DNA from: a virus
Taxonomy: Duplodnaviria; Heunggongvirae; Uroviricota; Caudoviricetes
IMG/VR virus record: IMGVR_UViG_3300019378_000003
Reading direction: 5' to 3' (one strand)
Length of the DNA: 64,000 nt
Below are positions 1 to 11,531 of this stretch, one piece after another; the first letter of the stretch is position 1, and each line of letters begins with the position of its first letter. Below the pieces are notes generated by a model. That model did no database searches and had not been told where the DNA came from. It saw only the letters and a program-made list of their open reading frames with translations. Both the position numbers and the translations under genes were made by a program.

Positions 1-414
1 GCACATAATTGGACTGGTTTAAGTCTTTCTCGTCCTAGTAATGCATATTTTGCAGGTAATCACTATGGGACTGGATGGTTTTATGCTATTGGTTCAAAAG
101 CTGCTTATGAAGGTGGTATACCTGCACACATTACGGCAACTGCTTGTACTTTGTATGTCAGAAAAGATAATGCGGTATTAGCAAATTTAGAAAATGGTGG
201 TTATGAGTATGGTGAAGAGCAACATCTTTTGACAGTAGATGAAATGGCTTATCACGATCATCGTTTATATTATACAAAAACTGGTAATTTTACTAATTCG
301 GCATCTGATAATGGGTAGCATTAGGCTCCTGATAATTATTATACTGGTCCTCGTGGTGGTTCACAAGCTCATAATAATATGTAGCCTTCAATTTATGTAA
401 ATTTATGGGAAAGA
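1..414 (+). CDS. Phage tail-collar/tail-fibre domain protein, 5' partial; 3 in-frame TAG read as Gln
   Basis: Frame 1 translation gives ...EQHLLTVDEMAYHDH...GGSQAHNNM(TAG)PSIYVNLWERIS* ending at TAA 412-414. The tail-collar (PF07484-like) motifs 'HTLTVDE.PSH.H' and 'GGSQAHNNMQPY' are present. TAG sits at the conserved Q position. Confidence 0.6.
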
Positions 415-437
415 ATATCATAAAGGGGGTATATTAA

Positions 438-950
438 ATGGAGTATGTACCAGTAGTAGAATTAGAACAAACTGATTTAACAGTTTTACCAGATAGTATT
501 AGCTATTATGAAAATTATATTTTAAAATAGTTAGATGATGTATTATTACAATATACAAACTCATCTAATTTATTAAATTATCATTATCCAGTAGGCTCTA
601 TTATTGAAGTGCTTAAAGCAGATTATGATCCTAATGGACAATTGCCAGGAGTATGGACAAGATTTGGAGAAGGCCGTACTATGATTAGCACTGGTGGAGA
701 TAATTCATTATTAGAAACTTCTATTGGAACTTTTAAGCATTTATTAACTATAGATCAAATACCTTCTCATACTCATAGATTAGGATGGAATAATGAAGAA
801 TCTCGTTAGCGTCGTGCTTCTTCTTGGACTGAAATTTGCTAGGGTTCAGGCTATAATGAAAGTTATATTACTATGTCTACTGGTGGAGGCGCAGCGCATA
901 ATAATGTTTAGCCGTACATTGTAACATTTAGTTGGAAGAGGGTGTCTTAA
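438..950 (+). CDS. Phage tail-collar domain protein (paralog 2), 4 in-frame TAG
   Basis: ATG 438, same frame as track ORF 609..809. Translation gives 'TFKHLLTIDQIPSHTHRLGW' and 'GGGAAHNNV(TAG)PYIVTF', with TAA at 948-950. TAG at 909-911 sits on the conserved Gln of the HNNxQPY motif. Confidence 0.6.
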
Positions 951-1519
951 TGGCCACCGTAAAAAATTATATTTTAAATGTTAATGATCAAAAAGTATAT
1001 CCTAAAATTAAAGCGTCTCAAGTTTATATTCCTAGTTTAAATATGTCTTTAGAAGAGTATTATGGCAATGAGACTTTAACATTTTAGGACTATATTGATT
1101 TAATTTTGCCTATTGGTTTTATTTATAAAACTACTCGAGAAATTGATTTAAATAATTTTAATTTTGATAATTAGTCAGTGCATTGGTTTTGGGAACAATT
1201 GGAAGCAGGACATATTTTAGTTGGAGAGGGTTCTTATACTGATAGTAACAGCGAAACAGCGACTTTTTATCCTCTTGGTACTGAAACTGAAAATGCACTA
1301 ACAGGTGAATGGCGTCATACATTAACCGTAGATGAAATTCCTTCTCATAATCATGGTTTGCCTAAAGATGGTTCTGATGATGGAGAAAATTATTATGACG
1401 TAGGAGATTCTCGGACTTCAGCAGTATCAGCTTTTTATACAGGAGGTACTGGTGGTTCCACCCCTCATAATAATATGATGCCAGCAAAAACAGTTTATAT
1501 GTATCGAAGGGTGGTATAA
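950..1519 (+). CDS. Phage tail-collar domain protein (paralog 3)
   Basis: ATG at 950 overlaps the preceding TAA (taATGg). It is in frame with track ORF 1178..1519, which reads 'EWRHTLTVDEIPSHNHGL...GGSTPHNNMMPAKTVYMY'. Upstream in-frame TAG codons are read through. Confidence 0.55.
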
Positions 1520-1522
1520 CAT

Positions 1523-1708
1523 ATGGCAGCAAGTACAATCACACAAGATGAATTGCAAAAATTTTGGAATGCTTTTAAATTAGAATTGGAAGCTTCTGCC
1601 CTAAAACCTTATGATACAATTTTATTTAAAGATTAGGGTAATAATGCAATTCATAGTATGTAGTTTATTGATGGAGTAGTTACTTCTCAAGAGCAAACTA
1701 CAAATTAA
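1523..1708 (+). CDS. Small hypothetical protein (about 61 aa, 2 TAG codons)
   Basis: ATG 1523 follows the previous stop. Translation MAASTITQDELQKFWNAFKLE...TN* holds only if TAG is sense. No recognisable homology. Confidence 0.3.
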
Positions 1709-1734
1709 AATAATGGTAGAAAAGAGGCTTCAAT

Positions 1735-2265
1735 ATGGTTTTAAATCAAGATGGTTTAAGATTATTGTGGCAAATAATTTAGGCTGAAATTGATAAATCT
1801 AAAAATTCTTCTATTGTAGACGGAATTTATTTTAGAGATCAAGAAAATGGATATACATATTTATTAGAATTTATCAATGGAAATTTAGTATCTAGTGGTA
1901 AAGCAGTTTCTATTTATGTGACTTTAACCATACCTAGCGATGTTTTATTTATCAAGGGAGAAATAGTGGATCCATCTTATTATTAGATTATTGCTCGTTG
2001 TGAAGATGGAAGTGAAAAAATTCTTAAAGGATGTGATATAAGTACAATTCAAAGTAATGGTACTGTTTCAGTCTCTTATGAAGAAATGGGTACAATTTAT
2101 ACTGATACCATTAATCTTTCATCTTATAATTTTGTGGATAGTATTACTACCGCTTTAAAAGATTTTACTTATAATACTAATGCAGATGGTACATATACAT
2201 TAAAAGATTACATAGGAACAAGTACGACCTTGACAATTCCAAATAATTATGCTATAATTTTATAA
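1735..2265 (+). CDS. Hypothetical virion protein whose C-terminus begins a BspA-type LRR (possible N-terminal module of the fibre/LRR protein)
   Basis: ATG 1735 to TAA 2263-2265 with 2 in-frame TAG. The C-terminus 'TYTLKDYIGTSTTLTIPNNYAIIL' looks like the first LRR_5 unit. Confidence 0.4.
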
Positions 2266-2278
2266 AGGAGGGTAAAAA

Positions 2279-4885
2279 GTGGCTAGACTATTAAATTTTA
2301 GAAATGAACCATAGGTTACAGCGATTACTATTCCTAATCGTATTTAGTTATCAGATACAAATTTTGCTCAAGCTTTTCGAAATATGGCTAATTTACAATC
2401 AGTTACTATTACTCATCCTAATATTACAATTTTAGATTAGGCATTTGAAAATGACAAAGCATTACAAACATGTACATTTCCAGAACATAATAAAATTACA
2501 TCTATGTATCGTGCATTTAATGGGTGTTCTAATATGACTAGTGCTCCTTAGAGTGGAGCAGAAGTTATTAATATGGCTTATGCATATTATAATTGCTATT
2601 CTATGACTGGTAATGCTCAATGTGGTCCTAAAGTTTTTAGTATGTCTCATGCATATACTAATTGTAGTAATATTTCAGGCCCAGCAGCTTGTTCTAATAG
2701 TGTTCGCAATTTTGATTATGCTTATCATAATTGTACTAAATTAACTGCTGCGGCATGTGGCGCAAATGTTACTAATATGGATTATGCTTATTATAATTGT
2801 ACTAATTTAACTACTGCGGTGTGTGGATTAAATGTACCAACTATGAATTATACATATTATAAATGTTCTAAATTAACTGATGCTGTATGTGATCGTAATG
2901 TTGTAAGTATGAATTATACATATGCTTATTGCACTAATCTTACTACAGCTAACGTAGGACGTAATGTTACAGAATTAAAATCAACATATAGAAATTGTAT
3001 TAAATTAACTGATGCTGTTTGCGGTCCTAATGTTATAGAGATGGTTAATACATATGAAAACTGCACTAATTTAACTACAGCCGCATGTGGAAATTAGGTT
3101 ACTTATATGAATGGTACATATGCTAATTGTCATAAATTAGTTACTCCTATATGTGGACCAATGGTAACTTTAATGGATCACACTTATAGTAGTATGAGTT
3201 AGAGCTCATTATAGACGAATAGTGGTTCATATATATATATAAATAAGCGTTATTATCATGGTACAGGTTGTAAAAATTTAACTACTGCAGTATGTGGTGA
3301 ACGAGTAACAAATATGTATTATACATATGCTAGTTGTGCAAATATTACAACAGCAATTTGTGGAGACCAAGTTACTGAAATGATTGGTACTTATGGTAAT
3401 TGTGTTAATTTAACAACTGCTGCTTGTGGACCATCTGTAACCTTGATGGATTCTACATATTCTATTCCTTATGGTTTTTATGCTAGTGGCCGTTATAAAA
3501 ATAATAATGGCATTCCAGGAATTTTATATTCAGAAGAAACTGGTACAATCGGTGATACCTGGTATGGATGTTCAAGTTTAACCGAAGCAGTTTGTGGAGA
3601 TTCAGTAGTAATGATGGTTAATACATATCGTGAATGTACTAATTTAACCACTGCAGCAAGTGGTCCTGTTGTTACTTTAATGGATAACACTTATACTAAT
3701 TGTTTTGTTCCCGCAGTTGTTCCTGATAATAGTCTAACAGCGTATAATCTTTACTCTGATGGATTAGGTTTAGTAACACCTATTTGTGGACCATTAGTTC
3801 AAGAAATGAGATATACTTATGCTAATTGTCAATCTTTAACATCATTTGTTTGTGGAGCAGAAGTAAAAATAATGGATCATACTTATGCTTTGGCCGAATC
3901 AGACTACTCTGATTGGTTCCTTGGCGATGAAACATATACCATAACTGAAAATAGAACTGCAAAATGGAGACAATCGGTTAGTGCAAAACGTGGGCCAACT
4001 ACTCCAGTATGTGGCGCAAATGTTACAGATATGATAGGTACATATAAAGGCCGACATAGTTTAACTTCTGCGGTATGTGGTGCTAATGTAGTAAATATGA
4101 TTGAAACTTATGCTGGATGCGCATATTATATTTCTAAAATGATAGAATATTATAATGCAACTTGGGCTTCAGGCGAAGATCCAGATTATGACACATATAA
4201 TTATTCAATGGATTATCTGAATTATTCTTCTGGCATTACTACTGCAGTATGTGGAGCAAATGTAATAAATATGCATGGTGCATATATGTATTGTAGCGGT
4301 ATTACAAATAAAGCAGCTTGTGGAGCAAACGTAGTGGATATGTCTTATGCTTATGCTTATTGCGGAAGAGAAAATTATTTCTTTAACGGCAAATCTGGCG
4401 TAGATACATATGGTTATGGTGGTTTGAACACTCCAGTTGTTGGTGCGAATGTAGTTAATATGCAAGGTGCATATATGGATTGTTATCCTATTGGTACCGC
4501 AAAATGTGGTGCAAATGTTGAAGATATGTCTTGGGCCTATTATAATTGTAGAAGTTTAACGACTGGTGTATCAGGCGCAAATGTTACTAATATGAGTTAT
4601 ACTTATGGTTATTGTCTAAGCTTGAAGGGTAATTTAAATATTGCATCTGAATATGTATATGATGCTTATGGTATTTTTGAAGGTCGAGGATATAATATTG
4701 CTGGAGATGAAATTACTCCAACCTTATTAAACATTCGAGTGCCTTATGGTTCTACTACTTTTGATTCTTTTTATAATGAAGATTTATGCGGAGAAGGTAG
4801 AATTGTTTGGGACACAGAAGATGATACAGGAACAACTTGGACCTGTACAAATACTCGTTATAATTTAAAATTAATCGGAGCTTAA
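2279..4885 (+). CDS. Large BspA-like leucine-rich-repeat (LRR_5) protein of about 868 aa, with many 22-aa repeats ('M.YTY.NCTNLTTAVCG.NVT.'), TAG-recoded
   Basis: GTG 2279 follows RBS AAAGGAGGG. It shares frame 2 with track ORFs 2573..3097 and 3314..4885. The gaps between them translate without TAA/TGA when TAG is Gln. The N-terminus reads 'VTAITIPNRIQLSDTNFAQAFRNMANLQSVTI', a classic LRR_5 pattern. Confidence 0.6.
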
Positions 4886-4911
4886 GACAATAGAGAAAAA
4901 GGAGATTTTTT

Positions 4912-5844
4912 ATGAAAAAATATAATCGTAATATTGATATTATTATTCCTGCTTATAATGTAGCAGATAATATTTTGTTTAGATGTCTGGCTAGTATCGC
5001 TTGCCAAGATATTATTTCTGAATTAGAGGTTACTATTGTTGATGATGCTTCTACAGAATAGAATTATCAAAATGTAATTAATTAGTTTTCTTCAATGTTA
5101 AAAATTAATATTTTACGCTACGAAACTAATGGTGGACCAGGAGTAGCTCGTCAATATGGTTTAGATCACACTTCTAATGGATATATTACTTTTATTGACG
5201 CTGATGATACTTTCAATGGTGCTTTTGCTCTTAAAGCTTTGCGCAATGCTATTGAAATGAATAATGGTTTATATCAAATGTCAGTTGGAGTTTTTGATGA
5301 AGTACATGAAACAGACATTCCTGAAGGAACTGGACCAATGTTAATGAGCCACGAAAAAGATTTAGTATGGATGTTCGGTAAAATGTATCGTCGTAGCTTT
5401 ATTGACAAATATGGTATTCATTTTCATGAGACTTCAAGAGCCAATGAAGATAATGGATTTAATACTTGGTGCCGCCTTTGCATGAATGATAAAGAGTAGA
5501 TTAACTTTATTGCTGCACATGTTTATTATTGGCATGAAAATTTAAATAGTATTACGAGAATTAATGATCATCAATATAGTTATGGTAGTTCAGATCGAGA
5601 TAGTTTTTACGGTTATGTTGAAAATATGATTTTTGCAATTCAAGAGGCAAAAAAGAAAAATCCTTACAATGGTTTTATTACTATGTGGGCTGTAACTTGT
5701 ATGATACATTTATATCAATATTATATTGAATGTGCTGCAAGAGCTCCGCAACATGCTCCAGGTAATTTAAAACAATGTAAAAAATATTATGATGCAATTT
5801 TTAAAGAACTTGAACCTACAATTTCAAAAGAAATTATGGCATAG
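4912..5844 (+). CDS. Family-2 (GT-A fold) glycosyltransferase
   Basis: ATG 4912 is in frame with track ORFs 5095..5499 and 5626..5844. Translation reads 'IDIIIPAYNVADNILFRCLASIACQD...VTIVDDAS...GGPGVARQYGLD...GYITFIDADDTF', which carries the GT2 DxD signature. 3 in-frame TAG. Confidence 0.6.
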
Positions 5845-5953
5845 CATTATAATGATATAATGAAAAATGCTTATATGGGAGATAAGTTAAATAATATTAT
5901 TCCTTGTATAGGTTTATATGAGTTTTTAGATAAATTAAAGGAGGAAAATACAG

Positions 5954-6634
5954 ATGGCTGACGCTTATAAAATTTATACTTCTAGCTTAGTTGGTATTCA
6001 AGATGGTGGTACTGACGGCAGTACTGCAGCAGAAGCTAGAGAAAATTTAAATGTAGTTGGTTATACTGTTGTTCCCGAACTCAGTGGAGGCTCAGATTTT
6101 GCCTCCACTGAATTTTTACCAATAGCTGGTGGAACGATGACAGGACCGCTTACTTTAGAAGCTGATTTAATTGGTATTGACGGTGACTTTTCTGGTACTT
6201 TAAGCGCTTCAAGTGTAAAAGGTGCGGTATGGAATGATTATGCCGAATATCGTATTTTAAATGGTAAAAATGAAGCTGGCAGATGCGTAATTGAAACAGG
6301 CAATGATGATTTAATTTGGTCTCATGAACGCATGTTACCAGGAGCTATGATTATTTCCGATACTTTTGGATTTTCTATAGGAGAGACAGAAAAAGCTACT
6401 GCTCCAATTGCTGTGGCTGGTAGAGTATTAGCATATCCTAATGAAGATCGTTCTACATATAAAGCGGGCGACGCAGTATGTTCTGGTCCTTATGGTACTG
6501 TTTCTAAAATGTCTAGAAAAGAAATTATGATGTATCCAGAACGTATTATTGGTATCGTTTCTTGCGTTCCTACTTATGAAATTTGGAATGATAAAATTCA
6601 AGTTAATGGTCGCATTTGGATAAAAATAAAATAA
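5954..6634 (+). CDS. Tail-fibre-like protein
   Basis: Intact 226-aa ORF after RBS AAGGAGG. It contains 'FLPIAGGTMTGPLTL', the N-terminal motif common to many phage tail fibres. Confidence 0.45.
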   Translation: MADAYKIYTSSLVGIQDGGTDGSTAAEARENLNVVGYTVVPELSGGSDFASTEFLPIAGGTMTGPLTLEADLIGIDGDFSGTLSASSVKGAVWNDYAEYRILNGKNEAGRCVIETGNDDLIWSHERMLPGAMIISDTFGFSIGETEKATAPIAVAGRVLAYPNEDRSTYKAGDAVCSGPYGTVSKMSRKEIMMYPERIIGIVSCVPTYEIWNDKIQVNGRIWIKIK

Positions 6635-6648
6635 AGGAGGTATTTATT

Positions 6649-6987
6649 ATGAAATTAATTATTCAAGGACAAGAGCAATATCCAATTAAAATTAATAAAT
6701 ATCATCGTAATTTTATGAAAGTACATACTTATGCAGGCGCAGTTAATTTTGAATTAGAAATAGATAATGAACTTGAAAAAAATATATAGTTTTTGCAAGC
6801 ATTATATGGTTAGAGTAAATAGATTGAGCAAATTCAGGTATTTAGTGATAAAGACATGTTAATTGCATTTTTAGTTTTTGAAAATGGTTATATTAGTAAT
6901 TTGACTGATTCAATTAACGAAAAAGGCAAGCGAACTGTTTTGTTTACTATTACTTTTGAAAGTCTTAATCCTATGATTTTTTCTTGA
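6649..6987 (+). CDS. Hypothetical protein (112 aa, 3 TAG)
   Basis: RBS AAGGAGG plus ATG 6649. The frame is continuous to TGA 6985-6987 only if the three TAG codons at about 6787, 6811 and 6820 are sense. Confidence 0.35.
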
Positions 6988-7033
6988 CTTTTAAAAAAAA
7001 ATATGGTATTATTTTAAAGAAAAGGAGGGTTAT

Positions 7034-7550
7034 AATGGCTCAAATACTTTTCGATGATTACCTTGCTGCAAAAACAGCGGTATATAATATGTGGGATGAA
7101 GTGTTTGGAATTAAAATTAATTGGAATTTATTTGCTACTGACACTTAGGCCAATAGTCGTAGATCAGAAAATACATATGATGAAGCAGATAAAGAAGAAC
7201 ATACAGTACCATCTGAAGTTGCTGTATTTCCAGACGAGCGTACCGAAACAAATATTAAGCCGCTAAATTAGGCATATCGTTTTAACGAAATTAATAGTGC
7301 AGAAAAAAATGGTAAAATTACTGCCGACGCAGTAAATGCTTTATATAATTTAATGCAGGTTGCAGAAGAAGAAGCTCATAGTGGCGCTGGTTATGGAGCA
7401 GATAAAACTACACACTGGTAGACTTATAATAGCTCTAAAAATACTTCAGTAAAAACATCTTAGTATAGTGGTTATGACTCATATAATAGTAATCGACATT
7501 CTGGTTGGTGTACCGGTCGTAATTCTAGTAATATGGGAACCAACTGGTAA
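7034..7550 (+). CDS. Hypothetical protein with Ser/Tyr/Asn-rich C-terminal tail (putative modified substrate/precursor A)
   Basis: RBS AAGGAGGG plus ATG. 171 aa with 4 TAG. The tail reads '...TYNSSKNTSVKTSQYSGYDSYNSNRHSGWCTGRNSSNMGTNW*'. Confidence 0.4.
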
Positions 7551-7564
7551 GGAGAGTATTAATA

Positions 7565-7864
7565 ATGGCGTATAATTGGAATAATATGTTTGGAACTATA
7601 GTTGAAAAAGATTAGTCAATAAAGCATGAAAATAGTTTAAACCATATTATAGAAACAGCTACAGAGTATCTAGAATACCATTGTTCAGCTCATAATACAG
7701 AAAAATTTGCTTCTTGGGATGTAACTTATAATGGTACATTGAAGTCTAGTCATGATTCAACTTATAAAAGTTATAATTCTTATAATAGCGGCAAGTTAAG
7801 TACAAATTATTCTGGATATAATAGTAGTCATAGGTATTCTTATTTTGGAGGAAATGTAGGATAA
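7565..7864 (+). CDS. Hypothetical protein with Ser/Tyr/Asn-rich C-terminal tail (putative precursor B, paralog of 7034..7550)
   Basis: 99 aa. The tail reads '...TYKSYNSYNSGKLSTNYSGYNSSHRYSYFGGNVG*' and shares the 'YSGY(N/D)S...YNS' motifs with the upstream gene. Its stop overlaps the rSAM start (TAATG). Confidence 0.4.
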
Positions 7865-9240
7865 TGGATTACGAGAAAAAGGCGTTAGAACATTGTGTAT
7901 CACTTTCATTGCATTGGTCTTCTGATTGTAATATGGCATGTTAGTATTGTTATATTGAAAAAGATAAAAAAGCAATGGCAACCTATAATAAAGCATTACG
8001 AGAAGCTTTAGAAAATGGTACATATGTTAATAATATAAAAAATAAATTTGAACATATTAAAGATAATATTGAAAATTTAAGTTTGTGGGGTGCAGAACCT
8101 ACAATTAATGGTATATATTTTAAAGATACTATTTATCAATGCTTAGATTTTTTTCCAAATGTACATTCTTTAATGTTTTCGACAAATGCATTGTTAGGTG
8201 CAGATATTATTTACGAACAATTTTATTTACCTTTATTAAGTTATGCAGAAACTAATTCACGTCCTCTTACTTTTGAATTACAGCTAAGTTTAGATGGTCC
8301 TCCTGAATTTAATGATAAATCACGTCATGAAGGAGCCACTAAAAATACTTTAAATACTTTATATACTTTACTTGAAAGAACTCCATTTAATTGTAAATAT
8401 TTTAAATTTAGCGTTTCTACTAAAGCCACTCTTGATATTAGTTATATGAGAGAAATGGTTGAAGGTGGAATAGAAAAATTTTAGTGGTATTATGATTTCA
8501 TGAATGAAATTCATGGAAAAGCACATGATATTATTAAAAATAATTCTACAGTTAGTGATTGTCATGTATTTGGAATACCTACATTAGTAGATCCAGGATA
8601 TTATACAGTTGAAGATGGTAAAATATTTGCAAAATGGATATCAATGTTAAAATATGTAGACCGTAGTAAATGGCATGAGGCAAGTCAACATGTACCATTG
8701 TTTTATTAGTGTTTAAATACTGTTCTCGAAGCAGAAAACATACACAATCCTATTGCTTAGGGATATAATTATTTTTCTTGTTCTTCCGGAAAATATAATT
8801 ATAGTGTTGATTATGATGGTACAATATATACTTGTAATCGTTTATGTCGAAATGCAGCTTTATCAGATAATTTAAAATATAAAGGATCTATGCTTTCTAA
8901 CTCTAATGTGGATCATCCTGCTGGCTCAAAATGGTTAAAACGTAATTATGCTAATTGGGTTTTTCATGAAGATATTGTAGCTCGAAAAAATTTTTTAGAT
9001 GCATTAATTTTTATGATGGCTAAAGCTGGCTAGATTGATAAATTATATATTGAAAATGATGAAGCTCGATTAATAATGTTTTATATGATGAGCGGTATTT
9101 ATTGTCATATAGGAGCAGAAGAAGATTATACAAGTAATCCTTTTATTCCTCCTGCTAGTTATTTGCGCTTATTGGGAAATGGAGCTCAATAGGAGTTGGA
9201 AAATTATTTTAAATTAGAAAGAGTAAGAGGAGTTTTGTAA
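7864..9240 (+). CDS. Radical SAM enzyme with C-terminal SPASM domain (anSME/peptide-maturase-like)
   Basis: Translation gives 'HWSSDCNMACQYCYI' (CxxxCxxC) and 'SLWGAEPTIN' (GGE-like), then a Cys-rich C-terminal 'YFSCSSGKYNYSVDYDGTIYTCNRLCRN'. Frame 1 is continuous through ORFs 7975..8484 and 8500..8709 and on to 9240 when TAG is sense. Confidence 0.65.
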
Positions 9241-10610
9241 TGGAAAATTGTATTATTAATACTACTGGTTTAGAAGCTTATCAATATGAAAATTAGAAAT
9301 TGGCAGACAATTTTTTAGAAACATATTTTTTCTCTAATTTTAAATATAGTCATACAGCTTCTAAAAAATCTTTAGAGTTAATTATTTCTCCCAAATGTAA
9401 TTTAGGATGTAAATATTGCTATATTCATAAACATAAAAAACATATTTTTAATGAAGATATTTTTAATGAAGAATTAACATTAAAAAATTTAACTTTAATT
9501 TTAAAATGGCTTGAAAAAAATGAATTTAATCCAGATTTAGATATTTTTTCAGGAGAATTATTTGCTTAGGAAATTGGTCTAAAAATTTTACAAGTAATTT
9601 ATGATCATGAGTTACATTTGCCTGAACATTTAAGATGCAAAGTTATAACAATTCCTACAAATTTTACTTTTTTAAATTCTGATACATTGACAGAAAAAAT
9701 CACTAATTTTCAAAAATAGTTTGAACAAATTAATATCCATTTATTTTTAAGTGCGAGTTTTGATGGAGCTCATATGGAACAAAATCGTCCTTATACCAAG
9801 ACATTAGATTTTGATATTAATACCTCTCGCGATGATGAATATTATAATAAAGTTTTTCAATATTGTAGTGAACATCAATATGGATTACATCCAATGATTT
9901 ACAGTAAAAATATTGCTAAATGGAAAGAAAATTTCTTATGGTTCCAAGAAAAAATGGAACAATTTAATATTCCTTGGGAAAATTTATATTTACTTAATGT
10001 TCGCAATGAAGAATGGGACGATGTCAGTTTAAAAGAATATTATAATTTTATTTTGTTCTTATATGATTGGGTATACCAAAAAGTTGGATGTAACACAGAA
10101 TATTTAGTAAATTTTATTCTAAAAGCACACGGTTTTAATATAATGGCTAGTCCTTTAACTCGAGTAGGAAGAGGCTTAACTTGTGGTTTATAGAATACTT
10201 TATGCGTTCGACTTAGTGATTTAATGGTTTATCCTTGCCACAGGACAGGATATGAACATTATTATTGTGGATAGTTCATAGAAGATGAGGATAAAATTTT
10301 AACATATAAAAATAAAAATGCTGAATTGCTAATTACAGTATATTCTGTTAACAAAGAAGGAATGCCCATGTGCTCTCAATGTCCTATTAATAAATTATGT
10401 GTAGGACAATGTTTAGGAGCTTGTCATGAAAGTAATAACAATTTATTTGTACCAATTCCTTCCGTTTGTGCTACCGTATATACATTATTAGCAGCAACTA
10501 TTGAAGGTCTAACTAAATATCAAGCTTATGATTTACTGTTATCTCAAGTTGATGCTTCAATAGCAAAGCAATTAGAGTTTGTGAAAAAGGAGTTAAATAA
10601 TGTTAAATAA
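9240..10610 (+). CDS. Second radical SAM/SPASM-domain enzyme (tandem paralog)
   Basis: Translation gives 'SPKCNLGCKYCYI' (CxxxCxxC), then the SPASM region 'GLTCGL(Q)NTLCVRLSDLMVYPCHRTGYEHYYCG...CSQCPINKLCVGQCLGACHE'. Frame 3 is continuous through ORFs 9300, 9774 and 10326 when TAG is sense. Confidence 0.65.
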
Positions 10611-11178
10611 TTTTGTAAAAATGACTTATGGCGAAGCTCGTCATGAAGTATTAAAAGAATTAGATAATAGAGGTCCAATTGGTAGTTTTTTATTATCTCG
10701 CCATCCAGACTTGACAAATATAATTGAATATGTTTGTCGTTATTTAGAAAAAGCAATGACTCCTGATAGTGATCCTAAAGATTTAGGAAATTTTCCGAGT
10801 AATATTAAAACTAGTTTGGAATTTTTAACTTTAAGATTTCCATCTTATTTAATTTTATATTCAGAACATGATTGGAATTGCTTTTGCAGCGCATTATTCT
10901 TATTGTTAGATAATTTTTTAAATGCTGGTGAAACTTTCATTAATTCTGTTGCCGAAGATGATTGGTCTAAAGAAGAAAAAAAATATATCAATCGTATTCG
11001 AGAATAGCTCAGTGCGATATTAAGAATTATCGATATCGGTGCTGGTTATAGTGAATTATGTAAAGCTTCTGCTTAGATTGTAGAAGAATTAAAAACTTGG
11101 TCTCAATCTCGTCCTGCGGCGTTTAAATTATCTGAAGCATATTTAAAATCTCTTGGAATCGGAGGAACAGAGGAATGA
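10600..11178 (+). CDS. Hypothetical protein
   Basis: Track ORF 10600..11007 extended through 2 TAG codons to TGA 11176-11178. No homology recognised. Confidence 0.35.
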
Positions 11179-11474
11179 CTTTATATTTTAATAATGAACG
11201 TGAACATCCTATTGAGGTTCAAAATGTATCTCGTGAATTAATTGCAGATGCTAACGGAAAATATTAGATTTTTGTACGCATTATTGTAAATGAAAGATTT
11301 AATGACGTTATTGCTTATTGTAATTCTTATGCATCACAAGATATTGTAAGTATGGAGCTATATAATGGAGAAGAATTAACTAATCATTATACACTAAATG
11401 CTGGTAGAGTAAATTCTATTCATGAAGTTGTAGAAAGTACTTCTCAAGAAGTCACAATGATTATTGAATATTAA
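11175..11474 (+). CDS. Hypothetical protein (about 100 aa)
   Basis: ATG follows RBS GGAGGAACAGAGGA and overlaps the upstream TGA. One TAG. Ends at TAA 11472-11474. Confidence 0.3.
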
Positions 11475-11477
11475 TAA

Positions 11478-11506
11478 TTAGGCGATGTTTTTTAACATCG
11501 CCTAAA
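11478..11506 (+). terminator. Stem-loop (GGCGATG...CATCGCC), possible weak terminator/attenuator upstream of gene 11532
   Basis: A perfect 7-bp GC-rich stem with an 8-nt loop, but the downstream U-tract is poor. Confidence 0.3.
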
Positions 11507-11531
11507 TTAATATTGAAAGGAGTTATTTAAT

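Noticed and set aside
2279-4885. A regular 66-bp periodicity that might suggest a CRISPR array or satellite repeat
   Set aside because: The repeats are in-frame, protein-coding 22-aa LRR_5 units with degenerate nucleotide sequence. There are no identical direct repeats with unique spacers.
2573-4885. Idea that the paired cysteines in each 22-aa repeat are substrates of the nearby radical-SAM enzymes, or that the NxT sequons are N-glycosylation sites
   Set aside because: The F.NC.NLT pattern is the ordinary LRR_5 consensus, and the rSAM genes are 3 kb away with better candidate substrates immediately upstream. It is kept only as a low-interest note.
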